Positions 1-5,057 of a stretch of 5,151 bases of DNA are shown piece by piece. How positions within the stretch are numbered: position 1 is the stretch's first letter; each line of letters opens with the position of its first letter. Origin of the DNA: Dictyostelium discoideum (lineage: Eukaryota); assembly GCA_000004695.1 (NCBI GenBank), contig CH709168.1, positions 1 through 5,151 on the forward strand, written 5' to 3'. Both the position numbers and the translations under genes were made by a program. The notes below the pieces were generated by a model that was given only the letters and a program-made list of their open reading frames with translations, ran no database searches and was not told the DNA's origin.

Positions 1-2
1 TA

Positions 3-461
3 ATGAATTTCCACTTGTTTTTATATTATCCAATTTATATAAAAAATTGGGGTGCACCAAAATACACTTCAGCTGAAACTTTTGAAGCACAATTATCAAG
101 AATTAAAAATTATTTAAATAATAATACAAATAATAGGGATGAACAATTTGAAAGGGTTACCAAATTAAACATGGTGAAATTTTTTAATTCAGTAGATAAA
201 TTAAAAAGTATTGAACCTGAAAGTACAGCATTAATTATTGGTAACAAAATAAAAAATCCAGATAATTTAGATAACATAAAAATTAAATTAGATTCATTAT
301 TTCAAAATTATAAAAATTTAACTTTTAACTCATCAATTAAAAATAATAAAGAAATATACAATGTTGGTGATGCCGTTGAAGTTGCATCATATAATGAACT
401 TTCAGGTAGATGGTCAGGTATTATCAATTCAATATCAATGATTGAAATGGATGATAACTAG
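3..461 (+). CDS. Hypothetical N/K-rich protein, 152 aa from the first ATG. It may be 5'-truncated, because the frame could be open upstream of the window start.
   Basis: Longest ORF in an AT-rich segment with yeast-like codon use. No recognisable motif and no similarity to the FLP N-terminal domain. The poly-N tract (NNNTNNRDEQ) is typical of AT-rich eukaryotic or plasmid proteins. Confidence 0.3.
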   Translation: MNFHLFLYYPIYIKNWGAPKYTSAETFEAQLSRIKNYLNNNTNNRDEQFERVTKLNMVKFFNSVDKLKSIEPESTALIIGNKIKNPDNLDNIKIKLDSLFQNYKNLTFNSSIKNNKEIYNVGDAVEVASYNELSGRWSGIINSISMIEMDDN

Positions 462-706
462 TAAAACATGAAATATTATTAAATTATTTTGACAAATATG
501 TTGGTGACCAATACCATTTTCTTTCAAATAAATTATTTTACATATGATAGTATTCTAAATATAGTTATACCAATTCAAATTGATGATACCAATTACCTTA
601 TAATTTACAAATACCATGATATATAATTATGACTGGTATTCACAAGTTGCTCCCTTCATCTGCAAAGTATAAAGAGATATAGGATGCAAATCAAGTATTC
701 AAGCAC

Positions 707-1307
707 TTGTCTACTATCAAAGTTATCCCCAAGTACATATACACTGCGCTATTAAACAAGACACTTGTACTCTTGAAAATGTTTGGTTTATCAAGATCAT
801 CAGACTTAGTGAAGTGGTCGTTCAAAGGTCTCATTATTACTACTGACTCAATCAAAGGTCCAGTTATCAATGCTAAAGAACAAAGAAGTGGTGTTGTTTC
901 AATCTTAGAATTAACATCGTTAGATGATACTAACTCTCAAGTATGTCCTGTTCGACCTTGCAACATACCTTAGAGCCTCTAAAGGAAGAAGAAAGCCCCA
1001 TTGGGGTGACTCTGTCTTTATTAAGAATGAGGGTGAACCGCTCCAAGTTAATGATATAAATTCAATTGTATTATCAACACTCTCAAGCTCCGGTATTGAT
1101 ACTAGAAAGTTCAAATCTCACTCTATCCGTTCCGCTATGGCTTCTCTGCTGTTGTTCAATAACGTTCCGTTCCATGTTGTCAAGAAGATGGGTCGCTGGA
1201 AATCAAACGATACTGTAGATACCTTCTACGATAAAAGAATCATTGGTGAAAAATCTGGTGGTATTTTCATTGATACTGTCGTTCAAATAAATAAATGTTA
1301 TTCATAA
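707..1307 (+). pseudogene. Tyrosine recombinase catalytic domain, FLP- or Crypton-like, interrupted by a +1 frameshift near 950-960 and lacking a proper ATG start.
   Basis: Translation gives GLSRSSDLVKWSFKG (box I Arg, compare FLP GRFSDIKNVDPKSFK), then SQVCPVR, and after the frame change LATYLRASKGRRKP...KSHSIRSAMASLLL (H-x-x-R), GRWKS (the G-x-W) and the nucleophile Tyr in DTFYDKR. The R...H..R...W...Y spacing of ~150 aa matches FLP R191-Y343. Frame 2 (707-973) and frame 0 (924-1307) overlap, so one base is missing or added near 950-960. The only possible starts are TTG at 707 or an ATG at 779, just before the catalytic Arg. Confidence 0.6.
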
Positions 1308-1321
1308 TATATATATATATT
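1308..1321. repeat. (TA)n dinucleotide microsatellite immediately after the recombinase stop codon.
   Basis: A tatatatatatat run read directly from the sequence. Confidence 0.8.
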
Positions 1322-1357
1322 TAATATAAAATATAATTTAATAAATTAAATTTTTAA

Positions 1358-1680
1358 TTCTCATTTAATACCAATTCACGTAGCCAACCTTCTCATAATG
1401 ACTCTGACACTGAGAATGAACAAAGTGATGATGAATCAAGTAACAATGTCGATGTTCCAACCGATTATCAATTATCCGATACCTTACTTGGTCAGTACAA
1501 ACATATGGTAAACAATCAAGGTTTACTCGTCAAAGAAGAATGTATCCTCAAGAAAGATGAGATATCCGAATTGAATAAAATATTCAATTTTCCATCTAAC
1601 ATCCAAGTGAATGTCGCTCCATTCGGTACACCTGAAGGTATTACTGTATCATTCAACGTCAAGAACAATGATACTGACTA
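1358..1680 (+). CDS. Acidic S/D/E-rich ORF fragment of 107 codons, open from the preceding stop, with no in-frame ATG until codon ~50. It is a possible C-terminal exon or a pseudogene.
   Basis: Open frame reading ...HNDSDTENEQSDDESSNNVDVPTDYQLSDTLLGQYKHMVNNQGLLVKEECILKKDEISELNKIFNFPSNIQVNVAPFGTPEGITVSFNVKNNDTD*. Codon use is coherent and yeast-like (TTA, GGT, CCA, GTC). A 37-codon ATG-initiated ORF lies in another frame at 1397-1510. Confidence 0.3.
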
Positions 1681-1735
1681 GTTATTAGTCAATGACAAGT
1701 GGTTGGTGAAAGGTTTACAGGTGGAGTTGTATTGA

Positions 1736-1777
1736 CCACCATGACCTTAGTCAAGTAGCGCATTGTGTCACGTAATT
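1736..1777. repeat. Left arm of a 42-bp inverted repeat. The inner 30 bp (1748-1777) are perfect.
   Basis: tagtcaagtagcgcattgtgtcacgtaatt is the exact reverse complement of 1979-2008. The match extends to 40/42 identity over 1736-1777 versus 1979-2020. Confidence 0.9.
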
Positions 1778-1978
1778 GGGATAAGATCAACAGCATTAAC
1801 AGGCTGGCCTGCCTTTGATGAGGCGTTAGGTAACGAGTACACATTTTCAGAAGTGATGGTCAGGTTCATACTACGCTCCGTTCGCGTTTGAACTTCAGGC
1901 TTAACGCAGAAGGTATATATAACGATTCTATTCATTTGAACTACGGTATTGTTGATCTTAATCGTGGGCGTGTATCCG

Positions 1979-2020
1979 AATTACGTGACACAATGCGCTA
2001 CTTGACTAGGGTCATGTTGG
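1979..2020. repeat. Right arm of the 42-bp inverted repeat. It encloses a 201-bp core (1778-1978).
   Basis: aattacgtgacacaatgcgctacttgacta is the reverse complement of the left arm. The whole element spans 1736-2020 (285 bp). Confidence 0.9.
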
Positions 2021-2030
2021 CTTAATTGAA

Positions 2031-2059
2031 AGAGGGGATGTACTACATCCTCTTTTTTT
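2031..2059 (+). terminator. Rho-independent terminator-like hairpin followed by a T7 run.
   Basis: agaggggatg tacta catcctct followed by ttttttt. The stem is ~10 bp with one G bulge or G-U pair. No A-tract precedes it, so it is unidirectional on the + strand. Confidence 0.5.
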
Positions 2060-2095
2060 GATCTATTGATATGTAAAGTTTTACACAGTACCGGA

Positions 2096-2101
2096 TATAA
2101 T
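2096..2101 (+). promoter_or_regulatory. Perfect sigma70 -10 hexamer TATAAT. The -35 is weak: GTAAAG at 17 bp, or TTTACA at only 10 bp spacing.
   Basis: Hexamer read from the sequence. No convincing -35 is present, so this is speculative. Confidence 0.2.
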
Positions 2102-2136
2102 GTGTAGGGATAACCTCTCTGCATGCAAGTACTCCA

Positions 2137-2559
2137 AAAGATTAAAATTATTATGACGAAGATTAACACCCTCATTAAGGGTATGGCTTGACCAGAACAC
2201 ATGTTATCCCCTTATTTTTCTTTTAAGTCAATGGAGGAATGTCATGCCATGTAAATCTTTTGATTTTGGTAACTGTACAAAACGCACTGCAGCGGCCGAT
2301 AAAGCCAAGCGAGATGCTAATCCAATTCTTCGTACTCAGTTACTGAAGAAGATTCGTTAATGACTGATCGGCAAGCCAGCATCTCCAGAATGGTAGAACT
2401 GGATCTCTTGGTAGATCAGCATTAAAAGCCAAAAGACACAACTTAACCCAGAACATATTGCCATGATAATCGAACTGCTTGGTGAGGGTAATTGCAGAAA
2501 TGCTTAATATCGATAGATCAAAAATATTCCGTTATCGTAAAGAGAACGGTATCGTATAG
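2137..2559 (+). pseudogene. Decayed serine recombinase of the DNA invertase / resolvase family (Hin/Gin/Cin-like). It carries several frameshifts and stops, and the N-terminal catalytic Ser region is missing.
   Basis: Frame 0, 2157-2360: TRLTPSLRVWLDQNTCYPLIFLLSQWRNVMPCKSFDFGNCTKRTAAADKAKRD..., compare Gin [36 protein letters not shown]. Frame 1: NGRTGSLGRSALKAKRHNLTQ, compare NKGRIGGRPPKLTKAE. Frames 2 and 1: IIELLGEGNC / RVIAEMLNIDRSKIFRYRKENGIV*, the typical C-terminal HTH ending ...IA..L.IsRSTiYRY. The VW motif at 2181 to the C-terminal stop at 2559 is 378 nt; the equivalent distance in Gin is ~375 nt. The only intact piece is a 38-codon ORF at 2244-2360 with a GGAGG Shine-Dalgarno site at 2233-2237. 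Confidence 0.5.
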
Positions 2560-2562
2560 CTC

Positions 2563-2595
2563 AAAAAGACCAGCCAATAACACTGGTCTTTTTTG
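2563..2595 (+). terminator. Intrinsic terminator immediately after the invertase-remnant stop codon.
   Basis: aaaAGACCAG ccaataaca CTGGTCTttttt. A 7-9 bp stem, 9-nt loop and T5 tail, preceded by an A-run, so it could act on both strands. Confidence 0.6.
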
Positions 2596-2754
2596 TAATC
2601 ACCAAACAATGATATCCGTTGCAGTTTTCCTGGTAGGAACTCTAAGACAACCTAAGTTCAATCAGTAGGGGTTAACCAGACCTTTTGGTGAAGTGTTAGT
2701 ATTGACTGTAATAGCTATAGAGCTACGTGAAATTCGAATGGGTGTCACCCAATT

Positions 2755-2844
2755 GGAGAATTGTCCGAGTGGTTCAAGGTAACGGTCTTGAAAACCGTCG
2801 GGCGGGAAACCGCTCCTAGAGTTCGAATCTCTAATTCTCTGCCA
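2755..2844 (+). tRNA. tRNA-Ser, anticodon UGA, type II with a long variable arm and genomically encoded CCA.
   Basis: Acceptor GGAGAAT/ATTCTCT, then G and CCA. Anticodon stem ACGGT/ACCGT with loop CTTGAAA. Perfect T-arm TAGAG-TTCGAAT-CTCTA. GGTCTTGAAAACCG and GAGTTCGAATCTCT are near-identical to E. coli serT. Positions 1-72 form a G-U pair and 10-25 a U-U pair, both slightly unusual. Confidence 0.85.
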
Positions 2845-2975
2845 ATTAAGATCTAAAGAAATCGCTATACGGTCACGAACGGGGATCGATAAAAGCCTAA
2901 GAGTGAAAGCCTCTACCGTTCTCTCAAACAGGGTTCAGCACTCTGTCTATAACGTATAAAGGAAAAGGAAAGATA

Positions 2976-3263
2976 ATGGCTACTAAGATTTCAATTACCC
3001 GTGCATTGGCCACAGTTAAATCCATGTCCAACGGTCTGATGCTTATTTCACTAACTCGCGGTACTGATGAGTTCGCCCAAGAAGCTGGTTTCAATGATTC
3101 CGTTGGGGCGGTTTCTGATGCGATCAAAGAAAACTACCAGGGTTTACAAGATATCATTCGTGTGCATGAAGATATCCTTGCTAAAGTGATCTTGTCCAAC
3201 GATACTACGCTTATTACCGTAGCTGGCAAAGAATACTGTGTGGTGTATTCTTTGCCACGATAG
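2976..3263 (+). CDS. Hypothetical protein, 95 aa.
   Basis: ATG preceded by AAGGAAAAGGAAAG (Shine-Dalgarno-like). E. coli-like codon usage (CGT, GGT, CTG, AAA, GAA). No recognisable motif. Confidence 0.5.
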   Translation: MATKISITRALATVKSMSNGLMLISLTRGTDEFAQEAGFNDSVGAVSDAIKENYQGLQDIIRVHEDILAKVILSNDTTLITVAGKEYCVVYSLPR

Positions 3264-3270
3264 GGAATCG

Positions 3271-3543
3271 CTAATCTGGGAATTCATCACGACGCATTAC
3301 ATCAGAAGAGACGTTCTGAACAAACACGGTAATCTGTGCAATTAAGTAATTGCTTACAACAGCGAGTTCGTCTTTGGCAGCTTTCAGACCAAAGATAACC
3401 GACTCACCCGTAATACATTCTGCATCAGCAAAAGTCAATGCGGTAGCAATTATTTGTACGGCAGATGCACCATTATACTCCTCAAGTGACGAAACCACAG
3501 AGGCAGGGTTAACTTCAAGTTGGCCAATTTCAATAGCTGCCAT
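3271..3543 (-). CDS. Hypothetical protein, 90 aa, convergent with the previous ORF across a 7-bp gap.
   Basis: Coherent codon usage. The overlapping + strand ORF (3350-3631) is S/A/T-rich and low-complexity, so the minus frame is preferred. The ribosome binding site is weak. Confidence 0.4.
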   Translation of the reverse strand: MAAIEIGQLEVNPASVVSSLEEYNGASAVQIIATALTFADAECITGESVIFGLKAAKDELAVVSNYLIAQITVFVQNVSSDVMRRDEFPD

Positions 3544-3656
3544 AACTCTAGCCTATAACTCTTGTGCTTTTGTTTCGTTCATGGATGTACGCACAAAAAG
3601 CAAATTTAAATTTAATTTAAAGCGAATTTAAAGTCCTGTACAAAAGCAATTTTTAA

Positions 3657-3734
3657 GGTAATTTTAAAGGTAATTTTTAAGGTTACTTTAAAACCACCTT
3701 ATAAATTACCTTTATAATTACCTTAGAAATTAAC
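3657..3734. repeat. Array of a 12-bp motif, three direct copies followed by three inverted copies. Together with flanking AAAGCAATT half-sites it forms a ~110-bp imperfect palindrome (~3640-3752).
   Basis: Direct copies: GGTAATTTTAAA, GGTAATTTTTAA, GGTTACTTTAAA. Centre: aCCACC. Inverted copies: TTATAAATTACC, TTTATAATTACC, TTAGAAATTAAC. The latter are reverse complements of the same motif. Confidence 0.75.
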
Positions 3735-3828
3735 TTTTTAATTGCTTTAAAAGCGAGGTCCTGAGTTCGAAGCCGTTATTTAACGGATAAATTTTATAAA
3801 AATTTTTTTTGAATTTTTTGAAAATTTA

Positions 3829-3870
3829 CCAAAAGGGTAGTCTCATCAATCAAAGGGTAGTCTCATCAAC
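3829..3870. repeat. Two tandem 20-21 bp direct repeats (iteron-like).
   Basis: caAAAGGGTAGTCTCATCAAt immediately followed by cAAAGGGTAGTCTCATCAAc. A 7-bp inverted repeat TCATCAA...TTGATGA follows at 3864-3897. Confidence 0.8.
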
Positions 3871-3998
3871 CATTACACCATTTGATTGCTTTGATGATAA
3901 TTTAAAAATGATAGAATATTTTATCCCCATTTTTTTGATCTAAAATTAGATGTTTTTTATTAAAAACCTTAAATTTATATTTAAAGGAAATTTTAATT

Positions 3999-4042
3999 CA
4001 CTTTAAATCTACTTTAAATCAACTTTAAATCCTCTTTAAAAT
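3999..4042. repeat. Four tandem 10-12 bp units with a CTTTAAAT core, phased at the helical repeat.
   Basis: cactttaaat, ctactttaaat, caactttaaat, cctctttaaaat. Similar TATCTTAAAA(A)T units occur at 4075-4097. Confidence 0.7.
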
Positions 4043-4056
4043 TATTTTAAAATAAT
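4041..4056. repeat. 16-bp perfect palindrome ATTATTTTAAAATAAT.
   Basis: The sequence equals its own reverse complement. Confidence 0.85.
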
Positions 4057-4162
4057 TTTTAAAGGCATTTTTAAATATCTTAAAATTATCTTAAAAATTA
4101 CCTTGAAAATGAATTTTTTAAACCCGGCTTTAAATTCAATTTAATTCCAATTTAAATCAACT

Positions 4163-4184
4163 TTGCTTTAAATTTGCTTTAAAT
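4163..4184. repeat. Tandem duplication of the 11-mer TTGCTTTAAAT.
   Basis: ttgctttaaat followed directly by ttgctttaaat. Confidence 0.8.
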
Positions 4185-4249
4185 GTGGATTTTTCTGTGC
4201 TGCACATGCACATAATGCATTAGGCGAGAAACGCGATATTGTCAAAGCT

Positions 4250-4453
4250 TTGAAAGCCAACTACGAATCGATATCTCGTCACAACGGTAACTCCAATTTT
4301 GACCAGCGTGAAAATACCGCGCGCACCGAAGCATTCAACGGTACTAAGAAAGCCGATGAAGCTTCCATTGCTGTGTTCGTTAATCCAGTTATCGAACGTT
4401 ATCAGCCAGGCGTGCTGTATCCGCTGGAGATCAGCAAAGTAATCAAGCAGTAG
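4250..4453 (+). CDS. Hypothetical protein, TTG start per the ORF track. The frame is open from 4172 and resumes after the TAG at 4451 for 29 more codons, to 4543.
   Basis: E. coli-like codon usage (CTG, CGT, CCG, GGT). No ATG anywhere in frame from 4172. The TAG at 4451-4453 is followed in frame by EKEILDFEANIDYALTESTKIEIVDGVVV*. Confidence 0.4.
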   Translation: MKANYESISRHNGNSNFDQRENTARTEAFNGTKKADEASIAVFVNPVIERYQPGVLYPLEISKVIKQ

Positions 4454-4776
4454 GAAAAAGAGATTCTGGATTTCGAAGCCAACATTGATTACGCGTTAAC
4501 TGAATCTACCAAAATCGAAATTGTAGATGGTGTGGTAGTTTAATTAAATTAAAAAGCTTGTCTTCGTTTGACGAATAGTCGAACACCGCCCTTGGGAGGT
4601 TAAACCACCAGCTCACTATATACACGCTGTGGGTCGATGGTTCGAGTCATTTCTGTGGAAACACAGTAGCTCGGTCGGTTATAGCAATAGTCAAAACATT
4701 AAATAAATAACACCTAGCATGATCCAAATTACAGAATGTGGTATTCGATATCACCACGTCCGTAAGATTAGTATAT

Positions 4777-4807
4777 AGGATGGTTTTACCCCTCCTGGTT
4801 TTATTTT
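4777..4807 (+). terminator. Weak terminator-like hairpin followed by a T-rich tail.
   Basis: AGGATGG ttttacc CCTCCT ggttttatttt. The stem is imperfect and not associated with any upstream ORF. Confidence 0.2.
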
Positions 4808-5057
4808 GAGATGAATGTCCGTCATTAGGCACCCTTAATAGCGGAAGGCGGTGAATTGGAGACTTGGGACGTGGCTGAAAGTATGCCAGCAAATAACCGA
4901 CGCTTACACTTTGGTGTAAGTAAACCACAATCAACCGCGTAGCATCTAAAAATAAAAGAACAATGACAGAAGCACTTCCGATATTACGTGGTTGGGTGTT
5001 GTAGAAGTCTGACGGTCAACCCCGCCATCGGTCACCTATTAAGAGGATTAGTTTACC

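Noticed and set aside
462-706. The AT-rich gap between ORF 3-461 and the recombinase domain could be a spliceosomal intron joining them into one ~400-aa FLP-like protein.
   Set aside because: The only GT donor is at 461-462, and it leaves the upstream codon as TAG with any acceptor before 707. There is no TACTAAC branch site. The N-terminal ORF shows no similarity to the FLP N-terminal domain.
920-1114. Minus-strand 64-aa ORF antisense to the recombinase domain.
   Set aside because: It is fully antisense to a region with clear recombinase motifs, so it is most likely a shadow ORF.
2103-2120. TAGGGATAAC matches the first 10 nt of the I-SceI homing endonuclease site TAGGGATAACAGGGTAAT.
   Set aside because: Only the left half matches and the right half is unrelated. 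GGGATAAC is a generic rRNA-like motif, so this is probably coincidence.
1981-2202. Minus-strand 73-aa ORF from the six-frame track.
   Set aside because: It runs through the inverted-repeat arm and the terminator hairpin, its composition reads as nonsense, and it has no ribosome binding site.
2702-2730. TTGACT -35 hexamer upstream of the tRNA.
   Set aside because: No acceptable -10 at 16-18 bp spacing (TACGTG or ACGTGA). The tRNA may instead be processed from a longer transcript.
2924-3127. Minus-strand 67-aa ORF.
   Set aside because: It overlaps the better-supported + strand ORF 2976-3263, which has a Shine-Dalgarno site and coherent codon use.
3742-3750. ATTGCTTTA matches the T4 MotA box consensus (a/t)(a/t)TGCTT(t/c)A.
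   Set aside because: No TAnnnT -10 lies at the required ~12 bp downstream, and the motif is part of the palindrome's flanking mirror element.
3600-4200. The dense short repeats might suggest a CRISPR array.
   Set aside because: There are no regularly spaced identical repeats with unique spacers. The units are different small families, some tandem and some inverted, in nearly pure A/T DNA.
4590-4650. GGTTCGAGTC and a CCACCA-ending stretch suggested a second tRNA.
   Set aside because: No acceptor, T-stem or anticodon-arm pairing could be built on either strand.
4647-4934. Minus-strand 95-aa ORF in the 4544-5057 gap.
   Set aside because: The sequence is proline/arginine-rich nonsense, has no ribosome binding site, and crosses several hairpins.
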